DNA of 61,491 nt, counting the filler, from Candidatus Fermentibacterota bacterium (lineage in GTDB: Bacteria > JAFGKV01): NCBI GenBank assembly GCA_016928395.1. It is 3 parts of 3 records of this genome, joined end to end, with 100 filler letters (N's around TTAATTAATTAA, not from the genome) between each part and the next. Parts side by side here need not be neighbours in the genome. Positions count along the whole stretch, not along the records: positions 28,703 to 48,705 come from JAFGKV010000211.1; positions 48,806 to 61,491 come from JAFGKV010000214.1; 1 more part is not named here. One strand, written 5' to 3'. Of this stretch, positions 38,677-48,813 are shown one piece after another. Positions within the stretch are counted from its first letter, which is position 1, and every line of letters starts with the position of its first letter. The notes under the pieces are model-generated. The model saw nothing but the letters and a program-made list of their open reading frames with translations, was not told the origin of the DNA and ran no database searches. A program made the position numbers and the translations under genes.

Positions 38677-41600
38677 GTGCGGTGAGATCTGCGAGGTCAG
38701 AACCCGGGTCCACCACTCAGTTTGTTCAGCTCCTGTGGAAGAATGGCGCTCCCGACGCGACGGCGTCACGACTGGCTAGGGAAGCAATCGGTTATCTGCA
38801 TTTGGACACGGGCTCAGTCACATCCAGCAAGGTGTTTGTCTTGGCGCGTCCTCTGGATGACGCCACGCTCAGGTTACTTACCCGGGAAGCCTTGGCTGAC
38901 ACCATGGTGCATGAGGTAGGGATCAACGAGCTGTGGCCCGGCCCGGGCTTTGCCTCATTCATCCGGGTTGCCAAGCTTCCGGGGGTAACGGACGATGAAG
39001 GGATGTCGGCCCAGCGGGCATTGAGTGACCTCTTGAATGCCCAGGTTGACGCCACTCAGTGGATTCATACCGAAGACCTGTTCTACCTGGAGTGTTCTCT
39101 GGCTGACGCTGATCTACTGCGTATCGCGCGGGATGTGGTGGGCAATGAGTTGGTGCACCGGTTTGAAGTCGGTCCTTTGAGTCGGCTAGAACCGCCCGTC
39201 TGCAGCGGGGTGCCTCCAGAGCCGCCGGTGGTGGAGACCGTTCCCTTGGAAGACGATGACGATTGCCTCGAGAAGCTCTCCAAGGAACGGCTGTTGGCGT
39301 TGGACCGTGTTGAGATGCGTGCGATAAGGGATCACTTTTCCGACGCCTTGGTGCAATCCCGCCGCAGGGCCCAAGGGCTTGGGGCAGACCCGACGGACTG
39401 TGAGTTGGAGGTGCTGGCGCAGACCTGGTCTGAACACTGCAAGCACAAGGAGTTCAATGCCCTGATCACGTTTTGTGATGTGGACACCGGCGAGGTGCGC
39501 ATGGTGGACTCTTTGTTCGCCACCTACATCAAAGGTGCCACTGCCGTGGTGCAGGAGCGATTGCGTCTCGCGGGTGCCGGATGGCTACTGAGCGTATTTT
39601 CGGACAATGCCGGGGTCGTACGAATCGATGAAGACCGCGTCTTGGCGTGGAAGGTAGAAACCCACAATTCGCCCTCGGCCCTGGATCCCTACGGCGGAGC
39701 CCTGACGGGTATCGTTGGAGTTAATCGTGATCCCATGGGCACCGGTATCGGAGGGGGCAGATGTCTGTTCAACACCGACGTCCTCTGCTTTGGTGATCCC
39801 CGCCACGAGGGTGCGCTGCTGCCGGGCCAGCTTCATCCGAGGCGGGTAATGGCCGGCGTGGTCAAGGGCATCGAAGACGGCGGCAACAAGTCGGGTATTC
39901 CGACGGTGAACGGCGCGGTGGTGTTTGATGAACGGTTCGGGGGCAAGCCCCTGGTCTACTGCGGCACCGCCGCGGTGATGCCGGCGTTCTACCAGGGGCG
40001 CCCTTCCTGGGAAAAGCGGGTCGAGCCCGGCGATCGTATCGTGATGGCTGGGGGGCGCGTCGGTCGAGACGGAATCCATGGCGCCACATTCTCATCCCGA
40101 GAGATCGGCGATGACTCACCTCGCTCCGCGGTGCAGATCGGCAGCCCCATCACGCAGAAGAACCTGGCCGACTTCCTGGAGAAGGCTTGCGTCGAAGGCC
40201 TGGTTCGGTGCTGTACCGACAATGGCGCGGGGGGGCTCTCGTCCTCGGTGGGGGAGTTGGCGCGGCTATGCGGCGGTGCGGTGGTCTCTCTGGAGCACGT
40301 ACCCCTCAAGTACCCGGGTTTGGCCCCGTGGGAGATATTTCTTTCCGAATCGCAGGAGCGCATGACGTTGGTGGTGTCGCCGGACCGGTTACCCCGTCTT
40401 CTGGAACTGGCTGGCCGGTTCGAGGTCGAGGCGACGGACATCGGTCGTTTTGAGGCGTCGAACCTCCTGGACGTTCGTCACAAGGACCAGAGGGTTGCGC
40501 TACTGGATATGGACTTCCTTCACAACGGCGTACCACGCAAACACCTGGAGGCACAGTGGGGCAGCCCACAGCGCAGCGAGTTCAGGCTGCCGCTCATCCC
40601 TGACTACGGTGACATCCTCCTTACGCTCATGGGCAGTCTCAACATATGCTCTCGCGAAGGCATTGTGCGCCGATACGACCATGAGGTCAAAGGGCGTACC
40701 GTGGTCAAGCCGCTCATGGGCCCCGGCGGCCACGCCCCTCAGGACGCCGCGGTCCTGCGCCTGGGGTTCGATTCCTTCGCGGGCATTGCCGTGTCCAACG
40801 GGATCATCCCCCGCTACGGTGATATTGACCCGTATCACATGTCGGCAGGGGCATTCGACGAAGCGGTACGCAGCATCATCGCCGTGGGTGGGAGCCTTCC
40901 CGATTCAGAGAGCGGCGAACCATTCTGGTCGGTCAACGACAATTTCTGTGTTCCAGATTCCGTGTACCATCCTGTCACCAACCCCGACGGGAAAGTCAAG
41001 CTGGGCAAGCTGGTGCGTATGTGTGAGGCATTGTACGACATGGCCGTGTTCTACGGCGTTCCCCTGACCTCGGGCAAAGACAGTATGAAGAACGATCTTG
41101 TGCGTCAGGGCACGAAGATCTCCGTGCCGCCCACGGTGCTCTACTCCGCGGTGGCAGGCCTGCCCGATGTCCGGCTGGCGACCACCAGCGAGTTCAAGAG
41201 ACCGGGCGACCGGATCTATGTGGTGGGAAAGACCTATACTGAGCTGGGAGCCTCCGAGTTTCTGCGTCTCTTCGGGGAGGTGGGCGTCTCCGTGCCCTTG
41301 GTACGGAAAGAGGACGCCGTCCGGATCTATCACGCCCTGAGCAATGCCCACCGCCACCGGCTCGTGGCATCATGCCACGATGTGAGTGATGGCGGCCTGG
41401 CCGTTGCGCTGGCCGAATCGGCGCTGGGCTCCTGCCTCGGCATCCGTGTCGACATGGAGGCGGTCCAGAGCGATTTGGACGCGGCTTTGTTCGCCGAGTC
41501 GCACTCGCGCTTCGTGGTGTCGGTGGCGCCGAAGAACTGCCCGATCTTCGAATCCATAATGGATGATGATTGTCAGCTGATAGGGGAGGTGACCGGGTCG

Positions 41601-41699
41601 AATCGTCTTTTGTTTTCCTGGGGAATTGAGCCCATCATTGATCTGGAGCTGGAAGAGGTGGTCCGCCGATGGCGCAGCGGTCTTGAGGGTTTGATATGA
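38673..41699 (+). CDS. purL: FGAM synthase PurL with long N-terminal (PurS-like) extension
   Basis: QTWSEHCKH, DNAG, KVETHNSPS, DGIHGAT, DNGAGG, SESQER, SGKDSM, CHDVSDGGL; start uncertain (38646-38673). Confidence 0.95.
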   Translation: MSAVRSARSEPGSTTQFVQLLWKNGAPDATASRLAREAIGYLHLDTGSVTSSKVFVLARPLDDATLRLLTREALADTMVHEVGINELWPGPGFASFIRVAKLPGVTDDEGMSAQRALSDLLNAQVDATQWIHTEDLFYLECSLADADLLRIARDVVGNELVHRFEVGPLSRLEPPVCSGVPPEPPVVETVPLEDDDDCLEKLSKERLLALDRVEMRAIRDHFSDALVQSRRRAQGLGADPTDCELEVLAQTWSEHCKHKEFNALITFCDVDTGEVRMVDSLFATYIKGATAVVQERLRLAGAGWLLSVFSDNAGVVRIDEDRVLAWKVETHNSPSALDPYGGALTGIVGVNRDPMGTGIGGGRCLFNTDVLCFGDPRHEGALLPGQLHPRRVMAGVVKGIEDGGNKSGIPTVNGAVVFDERFGGKPLVYCGTAAVMPAFYQGRPSWEKRVEPGDRIVMAGGRVGRDGIHGATFSSREIGDDSPRSAVQIGSPITQKNLADFLEKACVEGLVRCCTDNGAGGLSSSVGELARLCGGAVVSLEHVPLKYPGLAPWEIFLSESQERMTLVVSPDRLPRLLELAGRFEVEATDIGRFEASNLLDVRHKDQRVALLDMDFLHNGVPRKHLEAQWGSPQRSEFRLPLIPDYGDILLTLMGSLNICSREGIVRRYDHEVKGRTVVKPLMGPGGHAPQDAAVLRLGFDSFAGIAVSNGIIPRYGDIDPYHMSAGAFDEAVRSIIAVGGSLPDSESGEPFWSVNDNFCVPDSVYHPVTNPDGKVKLGKLVRMCEALYDMAVFYGVPLTSGKDSMKNDLVRQGTKISVPPTVLYSAVAGLPDVRLATTSEFKRPGDRIYVVGKTYTELGASEFLRLFGEVGVSVPLVRKEDAVRIYHALSNAHRHRLVASCHDVSDGGLAVALAESALGSCLGIRVDMEAVQSDLDAALFAESHSRFVVSVAPKNCPIFESIMDDDCQLIGEVTGSNRLLFSWGIEPIIDLELEEVVRRWRSGLEGLI

Positions 41700-42505
41700 G
41701 CGCCCGTGCTCTGGTTCTCACCGGGTTTGGCATCAACTGCGAAGAGGAGACCGCTGCCGCCTTTCGGCTGGCGGGCGCCGAGGCCGATATTGTGCACCTG
41801 AACGAGATCTTTGACGAGAGCCGTTCGATCAACGAGTTCGATGTGCTGGCTTTGCCGGGAGGTTTCTCCTTCGGCGACGATCTGGGTGCTGGAAAAGCAC
41901 TGGCAAACAAGCTGCTGCACAAACGAACCGCTTCCGGTGTGAGATTCCGGGACGAGATCGAGAGATTCTTGGGTGATGGGAAGTTCATCTTGGGCATATG
42001 CAATGGGTTCCAGATCCTCGTGAAGATGGGGCTCTTGCCCGACACGGCCGGGCGAGGAGAGCAGGAAGTGACACTGACTCTGAACGAGAGGGGCCGATTC
42101 GAGGATCGCTGGTGTCGTTGTGTTGCCTCGATGCCGTGGCGGACCCCGTTTCTTTGGGGCATTTCCGCCATCGAGTTGCCGGTCAGGCATGGCGAGGGTA
42201 AGCTGGTCATTCGCGATGAGGTCGTACGACACGCCATCCTTTCCCAGGGGCTCAACTGCCTGACATACTGCGACGACGCCGGAAGGCCCACAGATGAGTA
42301 CCCGCATAACCCGAATGGCTCCCAGCTGGCATGCGCGGGCCTGACCGACAGCTCGGGGCAGATTCTGGGCATGATGCCGCATCCCGAAGCATACTTGTCT
42401 GTCTACAATCACCCAAACTGGGGAAGCGGGACGTTCGACCAAAGCTCTGAGGCAGGGGAGGGCCTGGCCGTCTTTCGCAATATCGTGGAGCACGTGAATC
42501 GATGA
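41696..42505 (+). CDS. purQ: FGAM synthase glutaminase subunit
   Basis: GFGINCE, PGGFSFGD, GICNGFQ, HGEG, NPNGS, MMPHPE. Confidence 0.96.
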   Translation: MSARALVLTGFGINCEEETAAAFRLAGAEADIVHLNEIFDESRSINEFDVLALPGGFSFGDDLGAGKALANKLLHKRTASGVRFRDEIERFLGDGKFILGICNGFQILVKMGLLPDTAGRGEQEVTLTLNERGRFEDRWCRCVASMPWRTPFLWGISAIELPVRHGEGKLVIRDEVVRHAILSQGLNCLTYCDDAGRPTDEYPHNPNGSQLACAGLTDSSGQILGMMPHPEAYLSVYNHPNWGSGTFDQSSEAGEGLAVFRNIVEHVNR

Positions 42506-44136
42506 CACAGACCGACCATCGCGACGCGCAGCTTATTCCGATACGTCGGGCACTGCTGAGCGTTGCCGACAAGAGGGGCATTGAGGACCTGGCGCGCTGC
42601 CTGGCATCGTTTGGGTGCGAGCTCATCGCCAGCGGTGGCACCCGCGATCATCTGGCGTCTGCAGGCATTCATTCCACTGATGTCTCAGAGCTCACCGGCA
42701 ACCCCAGTGCCTTCGAGGGCCGCATGAAGACGATCTCCTTCTCCTTGGCCTCGGCGTTGTTGTTCGATCGTGATCGTCACGGTGACGAGGCAGAGAGGCT
42801 TGGGATCGTGCCCGTAGACATGGTGGTGTGCTCGTTCTATCCCTTCGCCGAAGCCCGGGCCCGGGGCCTGCCCCTGGAGGAGCTTGTGGAGTTCATCGAC
42901 ATTGGTGGGCCCACCATGGTTCGTGCGGCGGCTAAGAACGCGCGGTACGTGGCGGTGGTGACCGACTGTGCGGACTATCCCCGTCTCCAGGCCGAACTGA
43001 CTCAGCATGAAGGGGCGCTGTCGCTGGAGACGCGGCGCGGTCTCATGCGCGAGGCGTTTGCCCTCACGGCGGACTACGATGCCGCCATCAGCACCGCGCT
43101 GGATGAGAATGCGGGGGCGTCCTCCTTGCGAATCGCAATGGAGCGGGGTCGCCCCGTGCGATACGGCGAGAATCCCCACCAGCGCGCGACAATCTACCGG
43201 ATCCGGGGCGCGACTCATGCGCTGCACGACTGCCCCTTGCTCCACGGCAAGGAACTCTCATACAACAACATGGTGGATCTGCAGCGAGCCTTGGAAGCAG
43301 TCCGCGACCTTCCCCGCCACGGTGTCGCGATCATCAAGCATACCAATCCCTGCGGTCTCGCAGACGCCGAGGATCAGCACCGTGCCTTTGAACTTGCGTG
43401 GGAAGGGGATCCGATTTCCGCCTTCGGCTCGGTGGTGGCCTTTTCGACTCCCCTGAGTCTGGAAACCGCCCAGTTCCTGGAACTGGGCCATCCGGACAAA
43501 GCGAGGCGCAAGTTCATCGAGGTGATCGCAGCTCCAAGGTTTCAGGATGAGGCATTGGTGTACCTGCGCCAACACCGGAACCTCCGGGTGGTGGTGGCCG
43601 ACGCAAAGAGGCTGGATTCCCCCACGGAGATACGGGTTGCCATGAACACGGCTCTACTCCAGGCCACGGACCGTCGGCTGCTGGAGGAACTCACGCCGGT
43701 GGGCGAGTGTAACCGTGACCTGGATCGTCCGCTCATCGAGTTTGGACTGACGGCCGTGCGGCAGCTGGCATCCAATGCCATTGCCGTGGTACACCGGGTG
43801 CCCGATGGGGCCTGCCAGCTGTTGGGCATGGGATGCGGCCAGCCGAACAGAGTCGGCGCCATCGCTCTGGCCCTGACTGCCTGCATGGCGACCCTGGCCC
43901 GCCGGCATCCGGAGCCGGCGGGGTTTGACGCCTTCGTGAGCGAGACACTGGCGTGCGCGGTGCTCACGTCCGATGCCTTCTTCCCCTTCCCAGACAACGT
44001 AGATGCCTGCGCCAGGGGCGGCATCCCAGTGGTGGTGCAGCCCGGCGGATCCATCCGCGATCCGGAGGTCATCCAAAGGGCGCACGAATGCGGCATCACT
44101 ATGGTATTCTCCGGTCTTCGCCACTTCCGGCACTAG
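42502..44136 (+). CDS. purH: AICAR formyltransferase / IMP cyclohydrolase
   Basis: RALLSVADK, IDIGGPTM, RYGENPHQ, SYNN, KHTNPCG, SDAFFPF, QPGGS, RHFRH. Confidence 0.97.
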   Translation: MTQTDHRDAQLIPIRRALLSVADKRGIEDLARCLASFGCELIASGGTRDHLASAGIHSTDVSELTGNPSAFEGRMKTISFSLASALLFDRDRHGDEAERLGIVPVDMVVCSFYPFAEARARGLPLEELVEFIDIGGPTMVRAAAKNARYVAVVTDCADYPRLQAELTQHEGALSLETRRGLMREAFALTADYDAAISTALDENAGASSLRIAMERGRPVRYGENPHQRATIYRIRGATHALHDCPLLHGKELSYNNMVDLQRALEAVRDLPRHGVAIIKHTNPCGLADAEDQHRAFELAWEGDPISAFGSVVAFSTPLSLETAQFLELGHPDKARRKFIEVIAAPRFQDEALVYLRQHRNLRVVVADAKRLDSPTEIRVAMNTALLQATDRRLLEELTPVGECNRDLDRPLIEFGLTAVRQLASNAIAVVHRVPDGACQLLGMGCGQPNRVGAIALALTACMATLARRHPEPAGFDAFVSETLACAVLTSDAFFPFPDNVDACARGGIPVVVQPGGSIRDPEVIQRAHECGITMVFSGLRHFRH

Positions 44137-44180
44137 GCTCTCCAATGAACACACAGGCGTCTTTCCCGGCGAGGTAGGTC

Positions 44181-45578
44181 ATGACTCTCACCCAATTCCG
44201 AAGCCCCCAACTACTGCATGTGCACTCGGGAAAGGTGCGGGAGAGCTTCCGCATCGATGCCTCCACGAGACTCATCGTCACCACCGACCGGGTTTCCGCG
44301 TTTGACCGGGTGCTGGATACGCCCATACCAGACAAAGGCGTGGTGCTGAACGAGCTTTCCGCGTTCTGGTTCGGGAAAACCGCAGACATTGTGGAGAATC
44401 ATTTCATCACGTCGGTGGATTCCCAGGCGATGCTGGTGAGGGAGGTTCTGCCCATCAGAGTCGAGCTGATCGTCCGTGGCTATCTCACGGGTTCCATGTG
44501 GCGTCAGTACGCCCAAGGCGTGCGCCGATTCTCCGGGGTTTCCGTGCCGGATGGGCTGGCGAGGAATGCCCGGTTCGCAGAGCCGCTCCTCACGCCCACC
44601 ACCAAGGAGGAATCTGACCGCGAGATCACGCCCCAGGAGATCGTGGCCTCGGGGCTGGTCAGCGGGGATCTCTCCTCGCAGATGGAGACTGCCGCCTTGA
44701 AGCTGTTCGCCTCAGGGACCGAGTTCCTGCGGGACAGGGGAGTACTTCTGGTGGACACGAAGTATGAGTTCGGCGTGCTGGAGGGCAGGCTGATCCTGAT
44801 CGACGAGATACATACCCCCGATTCCTCGCGCTTCTGGCGTGCCGACTCCTATGAGGCGGATCCCGCGCACCCCTTCAACCTCGACAAGGAGTATATCAGG
44901 GCGTTTCTCCTGGAACAGAAAGCCGCAGCCGGCGTAACGACTTCACTGCCCGCGGAGGTAGTGGATGAGGCCCGCGCCCGCTATGGAAGGATCTACGAGC
45001 TCACGGTTGGGTCCCCGCCCCCCAGGAGTGCAGTCCCGCCGGAACACAGGCTCTACCACAACCTGGTGGCGCACGGCATTATCCGGGACGGATTCGTGGC
45101 CGTGGTCATGGGCTCCCCCAAGGATGCCGATCATGCCCGGCGTCTGGCCTCGGTGCTGGAGGGGTACGGCGTCTCTGTTGATCTGCGGGTGGTATCGGCC
45201 CACAAGAACCCTGAGGACGTGGCGAAGGTCCTTGCCCACTACGCCGACTCCGCCGAGCCCGGCGCCATTATCGCGGTGGCAGGCATGTCCAATGGCCTGG
45301 GTGGGGCCCTGGCGGGCAGTACAACGCTTCCCGTGATCAACTGCCCGCCGTTCAAGGATGGTGTTGACCTTCAGACCAATGTCAATTCGTCGTTGATGAT
45401 GCCCTCCGGCGTGCCGGCTGCCACGGTGATCAGCCCGCAGAACGCCGCCATGGCTGCCCTTCGAAGCCTCAATCTGCCGCGCTTGAAACACGTGTTCCAG
45501 GAAGAGATTGCCGCCACCAAGGCTACGTTGAGGGAGAGCGACAATTCCATAAGGCACGACCGGAAAGCCAGCGCATGA
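44181..45578 (+). CDS. purC: Bifunctional SAICAR synthetase / class II AIR carboxylase (PurC-PurE fusion)
   Basis: N-term GKVRE, TDRVSAFD, TPTTK, DTKYEFG, DEIHTPDSSRFW; C-term (from ~45090) VVMGS, RVVSAHK, AVAGMSNGL, PVINCPP, SSLMMPSG in one uninterrupted frame. Confidence 0.93.
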   Translation: MTLTQFRSPQLLHVHSGKVRESFRIDASTRLIVTTDRVSAFDRVLDTPIPDKGVVLNELSAFWFGKTADIVENHFITSVDSQAMLVREVLPIRVELIVRGYLTGSMWRQYAQGVRRFSGVSVPDGLARNARFAEPLLTPTTKEESDREITPQEIVASGLVSGDLSSQMETAALKLFASGTEFLRDRGVLLVDTKYEFGVLEGRLILIDEIHTPDSSRFWRADSYEADPAHPFNLDKEYIRAFLLEQKAAAGVTTSLPAEVVDEARARYGRIYELTVGSPPPRSAVPPEHRLYHNLVAHGIIRDGFVAVVMGSPKDADHARRLASVLEGYGVSVDLRVVSAHKNPEDVAKVLAHYADSAEPGAIIAVAGMSNGLGGALAGSTTLPVINCPPFKDGVDLQTNVNSSLMMPSGVPAATVISPQNAAMAALRSLNLPRLKHVFQEEIAATKATLRESDNSIRHDRKASA

Positions 45579-45624
45579 CGACGGATCTCCATCACGCAGT
45601 CGCCTGTTCTAGAGGGGAACCGTT

Positions 45625-47031
45625 GTGAAGTGTGAACCGTCAACCGTGAACCCTTTGTTTCCTGGGTCCCGCGCTATCTCCCCGCTGGACGGGCGCTACC
45701 GGGCGAAGACCGGGGGCCTGGCGAAGTACTTCTCTGAATCTGCCCTGATGCGGGCGCGTTGTGACATCGAGTTGCACTATCTGAGGGCCCTGGATGAGAC
45801 AGGTCTGTTCCCGGCCCTCACGGACGAGGAGTCATCCCGCATCCGCCAGGCGATGTCGTCATTCACCGATCATGATTTTGCCCGCATCAAGGAGATCGAG
45901 CGCCAGATCAATCACGATGTGAAAGCCTGCGAGGTCTTTCTCCGGGAACGGCTTGACCTTGCCACGCCAGGCATGATTCACTTCGGGCTGACGTCCGAGG
46001 ATGTGAACAACCTGGCGTATTCCAGGTTACTCTCCCGCTTCTGCAGCGGCGATCTGCTCCCTCTGCTGGTCTCGCTCATCCGGGCGTTGTGCGGGAGAGT
46101 CATCCAGTGGCGCGACATCGCGTTCCCGGCACGGACCCATGGGCAGAAGGCGTCGCCCTCGACTCTGGGCAAGGAGATGGCGGTGTTTGTGGACCGGCTC
46201 CTCCGCCAGCACGGGGCCTTGGCTTCCATGCGTTTCCGGGGCAAGTTCGGGGGCGCCACGGGCACGGGTGCTGCGTGGAGGGCGGCGTTTCCGGAGTTCG
46301 ACTGGCTTGCCTTCTCATCGACATTCGTCGAGGCTCTGGGAATGGAGCCGGCATTGGCCACGACCCAGATTGAAGGTCATGACGAATGGGCGGGCTTCTT
46401 CGCCGCGGTGAGCAGGGTCAACGGGATCGTGCGGGATCTGGACATCGATATCTGGCTGTATGAGACGCTCGGCTACCTTGGTGAGTGCGTCAAGGGAGCC
46501 GAGGTCGGTTCCTCCACCATGCCCCACAAGGTGAATCCCATCAGGTTCGAGAACAGCGAGGGGAATCTCCATATGGCCGATGCCCTGTTGGCCATGCTGA
46601 GTCGCGAGCTCACCCACAGCAGACTTCAGCGCGACCTCTCCGGCAGCACTCTGATGCGAAACATGGGCGTGGCGCTCACCCATACCTATCTGGCATGGCA
46701 GCAAACGCGGGAAGGGCTTGACCGGCTGGAGGTTCGGCAGGCGCGATGCGCCAAAGACCTGGATGAGAGCATCGAACTCCTGGCGGAGCCTCTGCAAAGC
46801 ATACTCCGGGCCGAGGGCATGACCGACGCCTACGATACCGTGCGTCTGTTCGTTCGGGGCCGCGGCATAGACCAACGCGACCTGGAGGAATTCATCCAGT
46901 CGCTGCCCGTGCCAGAGAGGGTGAAGGCACGGCTCAGGAACCTGCGGCCCGGCCTCTACACCGGCTATGCGGGCGAGGTATGCGATCGCGTGTTGGCCGC
47001 CGCCAATGAGGTTATTGGGGAGGTGACATGA
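45625..47031 (+). CDS. purB: Adenylosuccinate lyase
   Basis: ISPLDGRY, NHDVKA, HFGLTSEDVNN, ARTHGQ, GSSTMPHKVNPIRFENSEGN. Confidence 0.97.
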   Translation: MKCEPSTVNPLFPGSRAISPLDGRYRAKTGGLAKYFSESALMRARCDIELHYLRALDETGLFPALTDEESSRIRQAMSSFTDHDFARIKEIERQINHDVKACEVFLRERLDLATPGMIHFGLTSEDVNNLAYSRLLSRFCSGDLLPLLVSLIRALCGRVIQWRDIAFPARTHGQKASPSTLGKEMAVFVDRLLRQHGALASMRFRGKFGGATGTGAAWRAAFPEFDWLAFSSTFVEALGMEPALATTQIEGHDEWAGFFAAVSRVNGIVRDLDIDIWLYETLGYLGECVKGAEVGSSTMPHKVNPIRFENSEGNLHMADALLAMLSRELTHSRLQRDLSGSTLMRNMGVALTHTYLAWQQTREGLDRLEVRQARCAKDLDESIELLAEPLQSILRAEGMTDAYDTVRLFVRGRGIDQRDLEEFIQSLPVPERVKARLRNLRPGLYTGYAGEVCDRVLAAANEVIGEVT

Positions 47032-48266
47032 GGCTTCTGGTCTTAGGATCCGGAGGTAGGGAACACGTCTTGGCGTGGAAGCTGGCCGAGAGCCCCGGCG
47101 CAGAGGTTTTCGTGGCCCCGGGCAATGGCGGCACTCTCCACAATGTGTCTCTCAATCCGAGCGATTTCCCGGCGGTGGAGGATTTCTGCTCCCGTGAGCG
47201 CATCGATCTCTTGGTAGTCGGGCCCGAGGCCCCGCTGACCGCCGGCATCTCCGATCACTTGGAAGGATCGCCAGTCAGGGTCTTCGGCCCCCGCAGCGAC
47301 GGCGCCCGTTTGGAGGGTTCCAAGATCTGGGCCAAGCAGTTCATGGAGCGCCACGGCGTCTCCACGGCTCGGTTCTGGGCCTTCGATCCGGGGGATGACC
47401 CCGGCCCCGTGATTCACGCGCTGCGAGGTGATCTTGTGGTGAAACTGGACGGTCTGGCAGCGGGCAAGGGGGTGATCGTCTGCACCGCGGAAGACCAGGC
47501 ATGGAAGGCATTGGAGGATTTCAGGCGGTCGTTCGGCGACGCGCCCTTCCTCATCGAGCAGAGGCTCACCGGCAGGGAGGCGTCCATCATCGGCATTACC
47601 GATGGTTCGACGATTCGCCTTCTCCAGGCGTCGCAGGATCACAAGCGGGCTCATGAGGGAGAGAGGGGGCCCAATACGGGCGGTATGGGAGCGTATGCCC
47701 CTGCGCGATTCTGCGACCGGCGTCTGATGGGTCTAATACACCGCCGGGTCATTGCACCGACGCTGGAGGGTCTGCGCCGGGAGGGCATCCCCTACTGCGG
47801 CGCCATCTACTTCGGTCTGATGATCACTCCCGACGGCCCCTTCCTCCTGGAGTACAATGTGCGGTTCGGCGATCCCGAGGCTCAGGTGATTCTGCCACCC
47901 TTGGCGGGTGACCTCGCGGTCTTGATGGCGGCCTGTGTGGATGGCAGGCTGAGGGAGACTTCGGTGGCATTTCATCCCGGCTGTCATGTCGGTGTGGTCA
48001 TGGCGTCGAAGGGCTATCCCGGGGCCTGCGAGACCGGGTTCAGGATCACGGGCCTGGACAAGGTTCCCCCGGATGTACGCGTCTTCCATGCAGGTACCCG
48101 CCGGTCACGCGAAGGCGTGGAGACTGCAGGAGGCCGGGTACTGACCGTGGTGGGTCATCACGCCAGGCTGGAAGGAGCCATGGCACAGGCATATCGGGGC
48201 GTGGAGAACATCGGGTTCGAGGGCGCATGGTTCCGTCGCGACATCGGCACCCAGGGGCGTGCATGA
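47028..48266 (+). CDS. purD: GAR synthetase
   Basis: GSGGREH, APGNGG, VGPEAPL, LEGSK, DGLAAGKGV, QDHKR, GPNTGGMG, EYNVRFGDPE. Confidence 0.98.
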   Translation: MRLLVLGSGGREHVLAWKLAESPGAEVFVAPGNGGTLHNVSLNPSDFPAVEDFCSRERIDLLVVGPEAPLTAGISDHLEGSPVRVFGPRSDGARLEGSKIWAKQFMERHGVSTARFWAFDPGDDPGPVIHALRGDLVVKLDGLAAGKGVIVCTAEDQAWKALEDFRRSFGDAPFLIEQRLTGREASIIGITDGSTIRLLQASQDHKRAHEGERGPNTGGMGAYAPARFCDRRLMGLIHRRVIAPTLEGLRREGIPYCGAIYFGLMITPDGPFLLEYNVRFGDPEAQVILPPLAGDLAVLMAACVDGRLRETSVAFHPGCHVGVVMASKGYPGACETGFRITGLDKVPPDVRVFHAGTRRSREGVETAGGRVLTVVGHHARLEGAMAQAYRGVENIGFEGAWFRRDIGTQGRA

Positions 48267-48705
48267 AGAGACGGATCGCTCTTCTCATCTCGGGCCGTGG
48301 CTCCAATATGGAGGCCATTCTCCTGCAGGCTCGCACAGGTGTACTGGCCCATTGTTGCGACCCGGTGGTGGTGGTGTCCAGCAGGCCCCATGCCGCCGGA
48401 ATCGCCGTTGCCCAGGCCTTGGGGGTCAGCACTCGAGTGCTTTCGTCCAAGGGCGTCCATCGCGCACAGTATGACGAAGACCTCATTTCCTTGCTGGAGC
48501 CCTATCGTCTTGACTACCTGGTGTTGGCAGGGTTTATGCGCATCCTCGGCCCCCGGGTGGTGGAGCGCTATCGGGATCGGATTGTGAACATCCATCCGGC
48601 TGATCCGGCGCAGTTCAAAGGCATCGGCGGCTATAGATGGGCCTGGCAGAGTGGATTGAAGGCCACCATGGTGACGGTGCATCTGGTGGACGAAGGCGTG
48701 GATAC
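48263..48705 (+). CDS. purN: GAR transformylase (3' truncated by contig edge)
   Basis: ISGRGSNM, LAGFMRIL, NIHP, TVHLVDEGVD. Confidence 0.93.
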
Positions 48706-48805
48706 NNNNNNNNNNNNNNNNNNNNNNNNNNNNNNNNNNNNNNNNNNNNTTAATTAATTAANNNNNNNNNNNNNNNNNNNNNNNNNNNNNNNNNNNNNNN
48801 NNNNN
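48706..48805. other. Artificial contig linker
   Basis: N-run, TTAATTAATTAA, N-run; 100 bp. Confidence 0.99.
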
Positions 48806-48813
48806 CGGAGGAA

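Noticed and set aside
48586-48660. PurN NIHPAD instead of NIHPSLLP as a sign of inactivation
   Set aside because: Catalytic Asn, His and Asp are retained; probably a sequence variant.
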